A program made the translations under genes and the position numbers. The notes below the pieces were generated by a model, which saw only the letters and a list, made by a program, of their open reading frames with translations, made no database searches and had not been told where the DNA came from. A DNA stretch of 63,471 bases, counting the filler, from Chiloscyllium plagiosum (lineage: Eukaryota): assembly GCF_004010195.1 (NCBI RefSeq). It is 3 parts of one record of this genome, joined end to end, with 100 filler letters (N's around TTAATTAATTAA, not from the genome) between each part and the next. Parts side by side here need not be neighbours in the genome. Positions count along the whole stretch, not along the records: positions 27,920 to 53,709 come from NC_057712.1; 2 more parts are not named here. The stretch is one strand, 5' to 3'. Positions 37,686-51,485 of this stretch are shown piece after piece (position 1 is the first letter of the stretch; each line of letters starts with the position of its first letter).

Positions 37686-39273
37686 AAAAATGTTTGTGGC
37701 AATGTATTCCATCCATGCAAACTTCTATCAGATTACCCCTCATCCTGCGATGTTCAAGTGAAACAAACCATGTTTTTTCAATCTTTCCTCATAGCTAATT
37801 CCCTACTTAGGCAACAGCCTGTGTCTGTACCTTCTTCAAAGCTTCCACATCCTTCTGCAAGTGCGATGACCAGAACTATACACAATATTCTAAATGTGGC
37901 CGAAATAAAGTTCTATACAGTTGCAACATGATTTGCCAATTTTTATACTACACGTCCCAATCAATTGTGCCATATTCCTTCTTCACCACTATATCCGCTT
38001 ATGTTGCCACTTCCAGGGAACTGTGGACCAGCACACCTAGATCTTTCTACATGTTGATGCTACTAAGAATTCTGCCAGTTACTGTACACTTCCCTTCTGC
38101 ATTATATCTCCCCATATGCACCACCTCACACTTGTCTGGATTTACCTGCATCTGCCATTTCTGTGCCCAAGTCTACATCCTGCTGTATCCTCTGGCAATC
38201 CTCTTCACTGTCTGCAACTCCTCGATTTTTGTATTGTCGTTAATTTACAAATCAAGCCCCCTACATTCTCCTCCAAATCATTGACATATATTACAAATAG
38301 CAGGTATCCCAGCACAGATCCCTGAGGAACACCACTGGTCACAGATTTCCAGTCACAAAAACACCCTTCCATGCAACTCTCTGTCAGCTACGACTAAGTC
38401 AGTTCTGTATCCAACTTACCAGCTCATTGTGGATCCTGTATGACTTCATCTTTTGTATCACTCTACCATAAGGGATCTTGTCAAAGATTTTGCTAAAGTC
38501 CAAATAGACAACACCAATCAATCTGCCCTCATCAATCATCTTTGTCACTGCCTCAAAACACTCAATCAAGTTTATGAGACACAATCTTCCCTGAACAAAG
38601 CCATGCTACCTACTGCAAATATGTCCATATTTGTTCCAAATGTGACTAAATCCTGTTCCTAAAATTCTTCTGCAATAATTTTCCTACCACATATGTTAGG
38701 CTCACTGGCCGGTAATTTCCTGGATTATCCCTGCTGGCCTTCTTAAATGAAGGAACAGCTTTGGCTATTCTCCAGTCCTCCAGGACCTCTCCTGTGACTA
38801 AAGAGGATACAAATACACCATACAAAGCCCCAACAATTTCCTCACCTGCCTCCCTCAGCACTCTAGGATAGATCCCATCAGGTCCTGGGACTTGACAACC
38901 TTAATGTTTTTCAAAATACCTAACACCTCCTTCCTTTTATATTGACATGCCCTTGAATATTGGCTTGTTTTTTCCCGAGACTCACCACCTACCATGTCAT
39001 TCACCTTTGTGAATATCATTGCAAATATTCATTCAGGATCTCACCCACTTCCTTTGACACCACCCATAAATTCCCACCTTTGTCCTTGAGTGGGCCTACC
39101 CTTTTCCTAGCTACCTTAAGCGCTTTGAGATTGTCCTTGATCCTGTTTGCCAAAGATGTTTCATGGCTCCTTTTAGATTTCCTAATTCCTTGTTTGAGTT
39201 CTTGGGCTCTGTCTGTCTTCAGTTTCCAAAACTTTATGAATGCCTCCTTTTCCTTTCTCTCAATTTCTCTTGT

Positions 39274-39560
39274 CTGGCTCAGTGTTAGCACTGCTGCCTC
39301 ACAGCGCCAGAGACCCAGGTTCAATTCCCGCCTCAGGTGACTCTCTGTGTGGAGTTTGCACATTCTCCCCGTGTCTGTGTGGGTTTCCTCCCACAATCCA
39401 AAAATGTGCAGGTTAGGTGAATTGGCCATGCGAAATTGCCCGTGGTGTTAGTTGAAGAGCTAAATGTAGGGGAATGGGTCTGGGTGGGTTGCGCTGTGGA
39501 CTTGTTGGGCCGAAGGGCCTGTTTCCACACTGTAAGTAATCTAATCTAATCAAATCTAAA
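39274..39560 (+). mobile_element. HE1/V-SINE-like SINE
   Basis: Same B box, central domain and (CTAAT)n tail as 17463-17783. Confidence 0.85.
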
Positions 39561-40114
39561 TCCAAGGTTCCATAAGTCTTGCCATCCTTGTCCTTCATTT
39601 TCACAGGAACATGCCAGCTCACCTGAACTCTACCTAACTGGCCTTTAAAAGATTCCCATATGCCAGATTTGGATTTACTCCCAAAGAGCTACCCCCTTTC
39701 TACATTCCCCAATGCCTGCTAATATTGTGGTAGTTAGCCTTCCCCCAACTGAATACTTTCACTCTAAGACAACTCTTGTCCTTATCCGTAAGTAACTTAA
39801 AACTTAGAGAAGTATGGTCACTGTTCCCGCAATGGTCCCCATTGAACCTTCAAACATCTGGCCAGGCTCAATCCTTAATACCAGGTTTCATATGGTCCCT
39901 CCCCCCGAAGCTCTTCAACCACATCCTGAAATCAGCGAGTCCCTTCCCGACTTGGACTATTTCCATACTGTTTCAAAAAACCACCCTAGACACACTTAAC
40001 AAATTTATCCTTACCCAGGCCCCTGACACTAACTGAGTCCCAGTTAATAAAGAGAAAGTGAAAATCAACCATCTTAACAATCCTGATGTTTTTACATTTT
40101 TCCATAATCTGTCT

Positions 40115-43100
40115 AATTTGCAACAGCAACAGTAAGTGATGGGTGGCAGTTATAGGAAGGGGGGAAAGTCTCATATACAGTCACATAGATGGGTTAACTC
40201 CAGGAAAGGTAAGAGAGGTCGGCACCGAGGGCAGCAGTCTTTTGTAGATATACCCATTTCAAACAGGTATGCTGTTTTGGAAAATATAGGGGGTGATGGA
40301 TTCTCAGGGGAACGTAGCACGAACAGCCAAGTTTCTGGTATTGAGACTGGCTCTAATGCAACAAGGGATACGTTGGCTTCCAAGAGATCAATTGTGTTAG
40401 GGGATTCTGTAGTCCAAGGTAAAGACAAACGTTTTTGTGGCCAGCAGCGAAAAAGCAGAATGGCGTGTTGCTTCCCTGGTGCCAGGATCAAGGATGTCTC
40501 AGAGAGGGTGCAGAATGTTCTCACGGGGGAGAGAGGCCAGCAAGAGGTCATTGTCTGCATTGGAACCAAGGTATAGGAAGGGAAGAGGTTGAGATTCTGA
40601 AGGGAGATTACAGAGAGTTAGGCAAAAATTTAAAAAGGAGGCTCTCAAGGGTAATAATATCTGGATTACTCCAAGTGCTACGAACTAGTGAGGGCAGGAA
40701 CAGGAGGATAGAGCAGATGAATGCATGGCTGAGGAGCTGGTGTATGGGAGAAGGATTCACATTTTTGGATCATTGGAATCTCTTTTGGGCGAGAAGTGAC
40801 CTGTACAAGAAGGACAGATTGCACCTAATAAATTAAACTGCATTTATTTCAATGCAAGGGGCCTAACAGGGAAGGCAGATGAACTCAGGGCATGGTTAAG
40901 AACATGGGACTGGGATATCATAGCAATTATAGAAACATGGCTCAGGGATGGGCAGGACTGGCAGCTTAATGTTCCAGGATACAAATGCTACAGGAAGGAT
41001 AGAAAGGGAGGCAAGGGAGGAGGGGGAGTAGCATTTTTGATAAGGGATAGCATTACAGTTGTGCTGAGGGAGGATATTCCTGGAAATACATCCAGGGAGG
41101 TTATTTGGGTGGAACTGAGAAATACGAAAGGGATAATCACTTTATTGGGATTGTATTGTAGACCCCCTAATAGTCAGAGGGAAATTGAGAAACAAACTTG
41201 GAAGGAGATCTCAGCTATCAGTAAGAATAATAGGGTGGTTATGGTAGGGGATTTTAACTTTCCAAACATCGACTGGGACTGCCATAGTGTTAAAGGTTTA
41301 GATGGAGAGGAATTTGTTAAGTGCATATGAGACACTTTTCTGATTCAGTATGTGGATATACATACTAGAGAAGGTGCAAAACTTGACCCACTCTTGGGAA
41401 ATAAGGCAGGGCAGGTGACTGAGGTATCAGTGGGGGAGCAGTTTGGGCCCAGCGACCATAATTCTATTTGTTTTAAAATAGTGATGGAAAAGGATAGACC
41501 AGATCTAAAAGTTGAAGTTCTAAATTGGAGAAAGGACAATTTTGACGGTACTGGGCAAGAACGTTCAAACGCTGATTGGAGGCAGATGTTTGCAGGTAAA
41601 GGGACTGCTGGAAAATGGGAAGCTTTCAGAAATGAGATTATGAGAATCCAGAAAAAGTATATTCCTGTCAGGGTGAAAGGAAAGGCTGGTAGGTATAGGG
41701 AATGCTGGATGACTAAAGAAATTGAGGGTTTGGTTAAGAAAAAGAAGGAAGCATATGTCAGGTATAGACAGGATAGATCGAGTGAATCCTTAGAAGAGTA
41801 TAAAGGAAGTTGGAGTATACCTAAGAGGGAAATCAGGAGGGCAAAAAAGGGACTTGAGATAGCTTTGGCAAATAGAATTAAGGAGAATCCAAAGGGATTT
41901 TACAAATATATTAAGGACAAAAGGGTAACTAGGGAGGGAATAGGGCTCCTCAAAGAGCAGCAAGGCGGCCTTTGTGTGGAAACGCAGAAAATGGGGGAGA
42001 TACTAAACGAGTCTTTTGCATCAGTATTTACTGTGGAAAAGGATATGGAAGATATAGACTGTAGTGAAATAGATGGTGACATCTTGCAAAATGTCCAGAT
42101 TACAGAGGAGGAAATGCTGGATGTCTTGAAACGGGTAAAGGTGGATAAATCCCCAGGACCTGATCAGGTGTACCCGAGAACTTTGTGGGAAGCTAGAGAA
42201 GTGATTGCTGAGCCTCTTACTGAGATATTTGTATCATCGATAGTCACAGGTGAGGTGCTGGAAGACTGGAGGTTGGCTAAAGTGGTACCACTGTTTAAAA
42301 AGGGCGGTAAAGACAAGCTAAGGAACAATAGAATGGTGAGCCTGACCTTGGTGATGGGCAAGTTGTTGGAGGGAATCCTGAGGGACAGGATGTACATGTA
42401 TTTGGAAAGGCAAGGACTGATTAGGGATAGTCAACATGACTTTGTGTGTGGGAAATCATGTCTCACAAACTTGATTGAGTTTTTTGAAGAGGATTGATGA
42501 GGGCAGAGCAGTAGATGTGATCCAAATGGACTTTAGTAAGGCGGTCGACAAGGTTCCCCATGGGAAACTGATTAGCAAGGTTAGATCTCATGGAATACAG
42601 GGAGAACTAGCCATCTGGATACAGAACTGGCTCAAAGGTAGAAGACAGAGCGTGGTGGTGGCGGGTTGTTTGTCAGACCTGTGACCAGTGGAGTGCCACA
42701 AGGATCAGTGCTGGGTCCTCTACTTTTTGTCATTTACATAAATGATTTGGATGTGAGCATAAGAGGTACAGTTAGTAAGTTTGCAGATGACACCAAAATT
42801 GGAGGTGTAGTGGACAGATTACCTCAGATTATAATAGGATCTGGACCAGATGGGGCAATGGGCTGAGGAGTGGCAGATGGAGTTTAATTCAGATAAATGC
42901 AAGGTGCTGCATTTTGGGAAAGCAAATCTTAGCATGACTTATACACTTAATGGTAATGGGTTAGGCCACTGTTGGAATATTGCGTGCAATTCTGGTCTCC
43001 TTCCTATCAGAAAGATGTGGTGAAACTTGAAAGGGTTCAGAAAAGATTTACAAGATTGGTGCCAGGGTTGGAGGATCTGAGTTACAGGGAGAGGCTGCAC

Positions 43101-43505
43101 AGGCTGGGGCTGTTTACCCTGGAGCGTCGGAGGCTGAGGGGTAACCTTATAGAGGTTTACAAAATTATGAGGAGCATGGATAGGATAAGTAGACAAAGTC
43201 TTTTCCCTGGGATTGGGGAGTCCAGAACTAGAGGGCATAGGTTTAGGGTGAGGGGGAAAGATCAATGGGGCAACCTTTTCACACACAGGGTGGTACATAT
43301 ATGGAATGAGCTGCCAGAGGATGTGGTGGAGGCTGGTACAATTGCAACACTTAAGAGGCATTTGGGTGGGTATATGAATAGGAATGGTTTGGTGGGATAT
43401 GGGCCGGGTGCTGTCAGGTTGGACTAGATTGTGTTGGGATATCTGATCGGCATGGACGGGATGGACCGAAGGGTCTGTTTCAATGCTGTACATCTCAATG
43501 ATTGT
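40115..43505 (+). mobile_element. Long CR1 LINE with SGNH-esterase ORF1 and ORF2
   Basis: ORF1 SNRYAVL, VLGDS, CFPGA, IISGLL, DRLHL; ORF2 endonuclease and RT motifs; frameshifts and internal deletions. Confidence 0.92.
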
Positions 43506-44446
43506 ATATATGCTCCCTGTCACTGCTGGCTTTTGTGAGGCTGCTGTACAATCCCATCAAAATGATTGCACCTTTCCTATTCCTGGGCTCTACCCAAATG
43601 GCCTTACTGATGAGCCCTCCAAGATGTCCTCACTCAGAACAATTATGATATTCTCCCTTATAATTTGCACAGCTTCCCTCCTCTTTTACATCCCACTCTA
43701 CTTTGCCTGAAACTTCAAAATCCCAGAACATTAAGTTGCTAATCTTGTTCCTGTCTCAACCATGTCTCTGTAAGGGTTACAAAATCATAGTTTTATGTAT
43801 TAATCCAATCTAAGTTCATCTGCCTTAGCTTTCATGCTCTTTGCATTAAAACAAATATGTTTTAGACTGCCAGTCCCTACTGTGTTCAGTAGCCTCCCAC
43901 TCTTCCTCGTAGCTTTAGTGCCCTGAGTCTCAGACTCCTCCTCAGTCATTTTACTTGCTGACCTATTGCTCTGATTCCCGTGCTCCCTGCCACACAAATT
44001 TAAACTCTCCCGGGTGGCAATAGCAAACTTCCCTGCCAGGATTGGTGAGCCACCAATTTAGGTGCAACCTATATTTCTTGTACAGGTGCCATCTGTCCCA
44101 GAAGACATTCCAATGATCCACATATCTGACAGCCTCCCTCTTGCTCCAGCTCTTTCACCATATATTTAACTGTATTATCACCTGATTCCTAGCCTCACTG
44201 GCATGTAGTACAGGAAGTAATCCTGAGATATCAATCCTACAGTTCTTGTCTTTCAACCTCCTACCTAGCTCCCTGAACTCCCTGTGGTGGACCTCATTTC
44301 TCTATCTGCCTACCAATATAGACCACTACCTCTGGATGCTCATCCCCTCCCCTCATAATCTTCAGAAAATCCTGTATCATCTCAGAGACATCCGTGCCCC
44401 TGGCACCAAGGACCCAAAACACCATCCTAGAGTTTTGCTCAAAATG

Positions 44447-45383
44447 ATATTTTTTATGATTTCAAAAATATATGTTATTCATAAAAATCTCTCTTTCTAT
44501 ACATAGTTACTAAAGCAGTTCGATTCTGTTCAGTAGCATATGAAGAAACAAACAAACATTGGAGTTTGACTCTATCCAGCAAACAAACCCAAGACATTTC
44601 TTACTTGTACAAGATTATATTAACATATATTTGAGGCACCGGAAGGGACCAATAACTGAATGGACCCCCATTTGACTTCAGCAGAATGATCTCAGTGAAT
44701 CTTTCCCCACTGCACCTTGGTGGCAGCTGCCCCAAGCTTTAGGATGTCCCTCAGCACGTAGTCCTGGACCATGGAATGTGCCAGTCTGCAACACTCAGTC
44801 AGGGTCAACTCCTTACTCTGGAAAGGCAAAGTGAGGACTGCAGATGCTGGAAACCAGACTCTAGATTAGAGTGGTGCTGGAAAAGCACAGCAGGTCCGGC
44901 AGCATCCAAGGAGCAGGAAAATCGACAACTTGGGCAAAAGCCCTTCATCAGGAATCTAATCTCGACTTTCCTTACTCTGGAAAACCCAACAAGTTTCGGG
45001 CAGGCCAAAGAGTATCTTTCAATCAGGTGATGGTCTTCCAGGTACAGTCAATGTTTGTTTCAGTATGCATCCCAGGGAACAGACTGTATAGTCTGCATCA
45101 TGGAACTGCTCAGCATGAATTTCGACAAGAACCTTGCTTCTCTCTCCCGACTTCCTTCGCACAGGCACATTCCAGAAGAAGATGTCTAACAAATCTCTAT
45201 CCCCCTGCAGCCACATTGAGGGCAGTGTGTGTTGGCGCAGAGAGTCTGGGCATACAGGAAAGATCTCACCAACAGCCCAGCAATCCCTTGGTGTTTTTTT
45301 GGAAAGTTCCGGTGAGGGAGCATTCTGTAGCAGTGTAGCTTGTAGGCTCCTTGGGGCCCAAAACTCATCTACTCCAACTCTTT
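44447..45383 (-). mobile_element. Tx1 LINE 3' end (related to 10700-14965); another piece at about 46528-46695
   Basis: Reverse complement resembles 14200-14965; LYNTKLTDS..SQSFL at 46.6 kb matches 12540. Confidence 0.75.
44825..44968 (-). mobile_element. PLE mini-element
   Basis: 15-bp TSD TCCTTACTCTGGAAA (44810-44824, 44969-44983); short inverted end; mutated hammerhead. Confidence 0.8.
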
Positions 45384-45650
45384 GTGGGTAAAAACGAGGA
45401 CTGCAGATGCCTGAAACCTGAGTCTGGATCAGAGTGGTGCTGGAAAAGCACAGCAGGTCAGGCAGCACCAAGGAGCAAGAAAATCGACATTTCGGGCAAA
45501 AGCCATTCATCAGGAGTAGAGGCAGGGAGACTGCAGGGTGGACTCCCTGCCTCTATTCCTGATGAAGGGCTTTTGCCTGAAATGTCAATTTTGCTGCTCC
45601 TTGGATGCTGCCTGACCTACTGTGCTTTTTCCAGCACCACTCTGATCCAG
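45384..45650. mobile_element. Palindromic PLE mini-element with two hammerhead remnants
   Basis: Near-perfect inverted arms centred near 45538; flanked by ACTCCA(A/G)CTCTTT. Confidence 0.8.
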
Positions 45651-45804
45651 ACTCCAGCTCTTTACCTTTTTATCTTTCGCTGCTTTTTCTTAATGGTTCC
45701 ATTTATTATCTTACATTTTTTTAACCTTCTTCAGTGGAAGGTGTCTTGTCCCAGCCCAAGCCCAGAGAAATGGAGGTTTCCAGCTCAGCAAGACGCTCCC
45801 AGCC

Positions 45805-46145
45805 TGCCCTGGTGTTCTCCCATTGTAGCAGCCCCATCCTAGAGAGGCAGGTACCGGCCTGGTGTGTCCTCCTGTTGTAGCAGCTCCATCCTGGGGAAGG
45901 GGAGGGTCCTGGCCTGGTGTAGCAGCCACATTGCAGAGGCTGGGGGGGTCCAGGCTTGGCATAGTGTTCTCCCATTGTAGCAGCCCCATCCTGGAGGGGT
46001 GGGTCCCTGCCTGGTGTGGTATTCTCCCATTATAGCAGCTCCATCCCGGGGGAGGGAGGTCCCAGCCTGACATGGTGCTCTCCTGTTGTAGCAGTCCCAT
46101 CCTGGAGGGGTGGGTCCCTGCCTGGTGTGTTCTCCTGTTGTGGGA
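45805..46145. repeat. Degenerate minisatellite, 50-60 bp unit, about 6-7 copies
   Basis: Recurring CCTGGTGT..TCTCC..TTGTAGCAGCYCCATCCTGG. Confidence 0.8.
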
Positions 46146-46179
46146 GTTTCATTCTTTTCCATGGACTGGAGTGTCTTTT

Positions 46180-46522
46180 AGAATTAATAGTGTGGAAACA
46201 GGCCAATTGGCTCTACAAATCCACACCAACCCACCAAAGAGTACCCCACCCAGACCAATTCACCTGCACCGGCTACTCTACATTTCCCCTAACTAATACA
46301 CCTAGCCTACACTTTCCTGGACACTTATGGGCAATTTAGCATGACCAATCCACCTAATGTGCACATCTTTGGCTTGTGGGAAGAAACCAGAGCACCAGGA
46401 GGAAACCCACGCAGACACGGGGAGAATGTGCAAACTCCACACACACAGTCGCCCGAGGCTGAAATTGAACCCATGTCCCTGGCGCTGTGAGACAGCAATG
46501 CTAACCACTGAGCCACCGTGCC
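46180..46522 (-). mobile_element. HE1/V-SINE-like SINE
   Basis: Reverse complement matches the SINE at 17463. Confidence 0.85.
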
Positions 46523-47465
46523 CCCCATGAGTCAGCTCATCCAGAGATAACACTGGTCCAGCCTCTCACACATACTGTTGACTAAGACATTTGTGACAGA
46601 TGACAGGAATGACTGAGAGGCCGCGCTGTCTGTGAGCTTTGTGTTATACAGACTGGCATAAAAGGATTTGCTGATCCTCAGGATGTCAGACGGCAATCTT
46701 TCACCCACCTTCTTCAGGATCACCCTGACTGTAATGTGGACTCCCTGGCCTGGGGTACGGATGCTAAAAAAGTCCATAGCCTTGATTAGCTGGTCATTGT
46801 GTTCGGCTGAAGCTAGCATAAAGATCCACCAATTTCATTCAGCTCAACCGATGACTCTCCAAGTTCTGCTTGCAATCACAATCTAGCAATGATAGCAAGA
46901 TCATCTGATGATGAAGGTTCTCAGTTTAGATTCGTCTGAAATACTCAGTATTTCTCCAGTTACTACTTAGCCTATAAACCTGGTTTCTGAGCAGCCTATG
47001 TCAGCGATCCCCTTCTCAGTCTTGGTGAGTGAGCCAATGCCTCCCAGAATCTTCTTTGGTTGCTTCTCACAGTGCCTTCTGTAGGCAAAGTGCTATTTTC
47101 CTAAAGTCAATGTTTGCATAGAAAAATCATTATTTTCACTGGGATGTGCTTTGTTTAAGAATGGCAAATATTTAATATTTCAATATGAGTGCATTTATCA
47201 GCTCAACATCTTTGTTGACTAAATTTTGTTTTATGATAATCAATATTTTGATGTTTATGAAATGGGCATGGTAGATAGACATTTTTATTCTGAATCCAAT
47301 ATAGATAAAATATATAAATAATCATGTTGGTAGCTGGATAAATCATTTCAAGATATATTGTTACCAGTGGACTACAGTGAAACAGTGCACTCCTCCAATC
47401 CTAGTCATAATAATATTTGTGGTTCCCCTGCCAAAACCTCACAGTATTATAATAAATTGTTTAAC

Positions 47466-47633
47466 CTTCAAAGACTCGCCCCAGGATGGTTTGAGACAGG
47501 GTCTTTCAGGGTCCATGGTGACTGCATCCATTTTTTTTTGGAAGAGAACGAGCACACAGTCGAGAATTCTCATAATCAGGTGAGGTGGTTTGGCTAACTT
47601 CCTCACAGTGGAAATGTCAGCAGGTTTTATTGT
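47466..47633 (-). CDS. DNAH8: Dynein heavy chain exon, stalk and microtubule-binding domain (not in the ORF track)
   Basis: ttttttccAG|...|GTtaaa, 168 nt, phase 0-0, hand-translated [56 protein letters not shown]. Confidence 0.92.
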
Positions 47634-48079
47634 CTGGAAAAAAAAACAAAAATTGTCAATGTGATCTTAATAAACACAGACAATTATAGGCATTACATGA
47701 TTCAACGATTGACTACCTGTCTTTGTATTATCATCAAATTTATTTCCCATACATTCAGTCCCTGTATCCAAATCATTGATGTAAATTGTAAATAGTTCAA
47801 ACACTAGTACTGGTAGCTGTGGCACAAAGCTAAAAAGGATCCATGTTCTCCACTTTCCTTATCTTGTGGTCTGATTATTTGTCAATCTGTTATTATGTTG
47901 ACCCTGCATCGTGAACTTTCATTTTACATTGGAACGTTTACAAGGCACATGACAAATGGCTCTTGGAAACCCAAGTAACAAAGGTCTATATGTTTCGCTT
48001 TGTTAATATTGCTTTATACTGCCTCAAAAATTCCAATAAATTCTCAAGCATTATTTCCCTTTCACAAAAACTATTCCCA

Positions 48080-48362
48080 TAGAATCCTCACAGTATAGAA
48101 AGAGGCCATTCAGCCCATCGAGTCTGCACTGACCCTCCAAAGAGCATCTCACCCAGATCCATCCCATCACTGCAACCTTGCATTTAGCATAGCTAATCCA
48201 CTTACCCTGCACCTGTTTGGAGTGTGAAAGGTAACTGGAGCAGCCAGCAGAAACCCACACAGACACAGGGAGTACATACATACACCACACAGACAGTCAT
48301 CCAAGATTGAAATTGAACCTTGGTCCCTGGCACTGTGAGGCAGCAGTGCTAACCACTGTGCT
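48080..48362 (-). mobile_element. Older HE1/V-SINE-like SINE
   Basis: Reverse complement has CACAGTGGTTAGCACTGCTGCCTCACAG and GGTTCAATTTC. Confidence 0.75.
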
Positions 48363-48823
48363 CCACAATATTGTGTGATTGTGCTAAGATTTTCTAATTG
48401 CCTTGTTACTTTCTGCTTAATAAACAATTTGAGCATTTCCCTATGACAGATGTTAAGCTAATAGACTTGTAATTTCCTACTTTCTAACACCCTCTTTCTT
48501 AAATAGAGGTGTAACATTCGCTACTTTCCAATCTGATGGAACATTCTGGCAACAGGAGGAATATTGGAAAATTAAAACCAATGCATCTATTATTGTAATA
48601 ATCAGTTCTTTTAAAATCCTAGGATGAAGTCTGTCAAGGGCTGGGACTTATAGAGTCATAGAGTCATACAGCATGGAAACTAACCCTAGTCCAACCAGTC
48701 CATGCCAAACACAATCCCACCTGCCTGTTTCTGACCCATATCCCTTCAAACCTTTCCTATTCATGTACCTATCTAAGTGTCTTTTAAATATTATAACTGT
48801 GCCCACACCCACCACTTCCTCAG

Positions 48824-49502
48824 TGTGGGAGAAAAAAAAACACTCCCTTGCCCAAAACTTGTTCACAGAAGCCAAGTCTTTTCTTAGCTAAACAGAGCAT
48901 GCCCATAATACCTCAACTTAACCACAACAGCTCAGGAACTAAACATCAAAGCAAGACATTACCTAAACAGCTTCCAGACTGAAGGAATACACCCCTAAGA
49001 TGATCTGATAATCGACTTCCAACCTCACAATAGCATCACCGCCCCTGCAGCTCCAAGGGCATCCCCAGTCTCCTCAGGTACTGAAGCCCCACAAGGCCTA
49101 CCTCGTGGCACCCAGATACCTGACGAGAATGCACACCACCCTGCAGGCCCATTGAAACCAGGATGCTGGACATTAGCACCTGCTCTAGCAGAGGAACGGA
49201 ACTTCCTATTACAATTATTACTTGATTGCTACTACTGGACAACCGATTGTTTTTCATTGAATGTAATTTAATTCATATTGTCTTATGATTAACACTGCGC
49301 TCCTGTAATACAACTGTAACACTATTAAAACTGTCTGTATCTGCATCTCAGGGAAGAGAATCCTTGACTCAACTGTGCAGAGTGTCAGTTCTGTACCAGT
49401 CCTGTCAATTTCTCTTCCCCAGGCTTGAGAAATAAATCAGTATTCGTCAATTTCAAAAGAGCTGTGTGTGGCCTCTATTTGTAACTGGACAATTCTCCAG
49501 CA
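48824..49502 (+). mobile_element. Probable solo LTR inside a minus-strand CR1 3' fragment
   Basis: TGTGGGAGAA...TTCTCCAGCA termini (TG..CA, imperfect inverted); AATAAA near 49430; CR1 resumes on both sides; TSD unclear. Confidence 0.55.
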
Positions 49503-51485
49503 CTGGGGAAGCTCATTCTACACACAAACCACCCATTTGTTAAAAAAAACTTGTCTCTTATGCATTTTTAAAATCTCACTCACTGTAAAAATGTGCCTCC
49601 TAGTCTTGAAATCCCCCATCCTAGGGAAAAGACACCTACCATTAACCCTTGAGATTTTATAAATCTCTCTAAGGTCACCTCTCAACCTCCCAAGCTCCAG
49701 TGAAAAAAATCACAGTCTATCCAACCTTCCATATCCAACAACATCCGGTAAATGTCTTCTGAAATGTCTCCAGCTTAATAACATACTTCCTATAACTGGG
49801 AGACCAGAATTGTTAGCTTTTAGTCTTAATAACTTTTTCAGTACTTTTTCCCTGGTAAATATAATTGTTTTAAGTTCCTCTTTCCCTTTCAGCTCCTGAA
49901 ACATAATTACTGCTGGGATGTAAGCTGTATCCACTTCAGTGAAGACAGATGCAAAATATTTGTTCAATTCATCTGTCAACTTTTCAAAGTTACAAAAACC
50001 CGGATGAACACAAGAGTTGCTCTTGAGCAAGCTAGTATGTTGCTGAAGATGCAGTTCAAGTGCCTGGAAAAAATGTGAGATGTTCTTTAGCATGTACTAA
50101 CAAGAATGTCCTGAATGCTCTTCCAAACTATGTACAATGGAGAGCTGCAGAAATGACTGGAACCGTATGAACAGGAAGATGACGACTGTTCTACATCCTT
50201 ACAGAAAGGGGACCAGGGTGAGGAGGAGCCCAATGAGGCTAGGGAGCTTTAAGCCACTGACCTGGCTGCCAGAGAAATGTGTAATGATCTCATAGAGATA
50301 CACTTTAAGTAAACTGAATGTGAGAAGCAATATGTTACACTAATGCTGAACTAACCCACACTAAAATACATTAATCCTACAGTAAAGAAGCTGTCCACTT
50401 CTTTTTTACTCTTTACTCTTCTTCCACTCTGGTCTCAACACTTTCCTAAGGTTAGCATGATGGCACAGTGCTCAGCATTGCTATCTCACAGCAACAGGGA
50501 CCTGGGTGACTCTCTGCATGGACTTTGTGTATTCGATGCAGACGAGATGGGCTGAACGGCCTCCTTCTACATTGTAGGAATTCTTGGATTCTAATGATCA
50601 CTTGGAAAGTATGAGTCAATGTGGGAGATGACTGGAAAATGGAGACTTGAAATCTGAGTTATATTTTGTAAGACAGTAACATTGTTCTAAGCATCCAAGT
50701 GAATTCTTTTTGTCTAAAAGGTTGATTTCTTCTGTTTTCTGATACTTCTGTATATCTGTGGCTTTAACAGAGCTAGAGAAATGCTGCTCATGCACCAGCT
50801 GTTTCAGCCTGGATGCCTATGAAAGCATTCTCTGGGTGCGAGGGTCCATGAGGACCTGGTCAAACACTATCTACTGCCATAGGTGTAGAGGCTGAATTGT
50901 TCATCATATGGAACTTGGACTGATTGAGCAGAGGCCACAAGTGGAAAAGTGAGAATTGTGCATAATTCCCCCATTTCCTCATGCACGTTATCTTCTTTCT
51001 CAAGTCCCACTGATACTTCCCTGCTAGCCAAGAGCTGAAGAATGCTTTACTGCATTTAATAAGACATTGGCCAGCTAAGTTGAGATTATCCTCCATTCTA
51101 CTTAAGTGATAGCCTGAGCTTGTAGAACGTGGTGGGTCAAGCATGCTTCTGTTGCCTGCTGTGACATTTTCTCAGTGGAGGTGACTATTCTGTTTGGGGA
51201 TGTGAATATAGTCACCAAGGTTTCAGATTTCATGGCACTAATGTTTGAGGTGGACTCCTGCAAACTCTGTCCAAGAGTGTGTGGTACCAATGGAAACTAT
51301 GACAGAAGCTCATCTATTTTCTGTTACTGCTACAATATTTTGCTCTTGGTGGCTAAAGGCCTTGACATTTTATGGCCTTTTATCTGTGCTCAAAGGACCA
51401 CTGCTATTCACTTCTATTGTGACCTCCTCACCTTGAGAGAATGGCCTCTTTTACCCATCACATTTTTTTTCCCAAATATTGTTTG

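Larger units (their letters stand above)
34912..44400 (-). mobile_element. Old minus-strand CR1 in pieces (about 34912-35230, 37690-40110, 43510-44400), split by PLE, SINE and CR1 insertions
   Basis: LDFSKIFDKIPY, PGNYRPVSLT, ICFNAKS..KADEL in collinear order; single-element interpretation is inferred. Confidence 0.7.

Noticed and set aside
36281..37931. 439-aa and 477-aa ORFs (also 28420-29556)
   Set aside because: Lengths are inflated by N gaps; the real parts are PLE or CR1 RT.
40136..40836. Host GDSL/SGNH lipase gene
   Set aside because: Intronless, frameshifted and directly upstream of CR1 ORF2, so it is CR1 ORF1.
49990..50070. Extra dynein exon after a minus-strand ttttttccAG
   Set aside because: Translation ALELHLQQHTSLLK is not recognisably dynein and I saw no convincing donor.
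50700..51480. Possible coding or TE remnant
   Set aside because: No recognisable motif in any frame; left unannotated.
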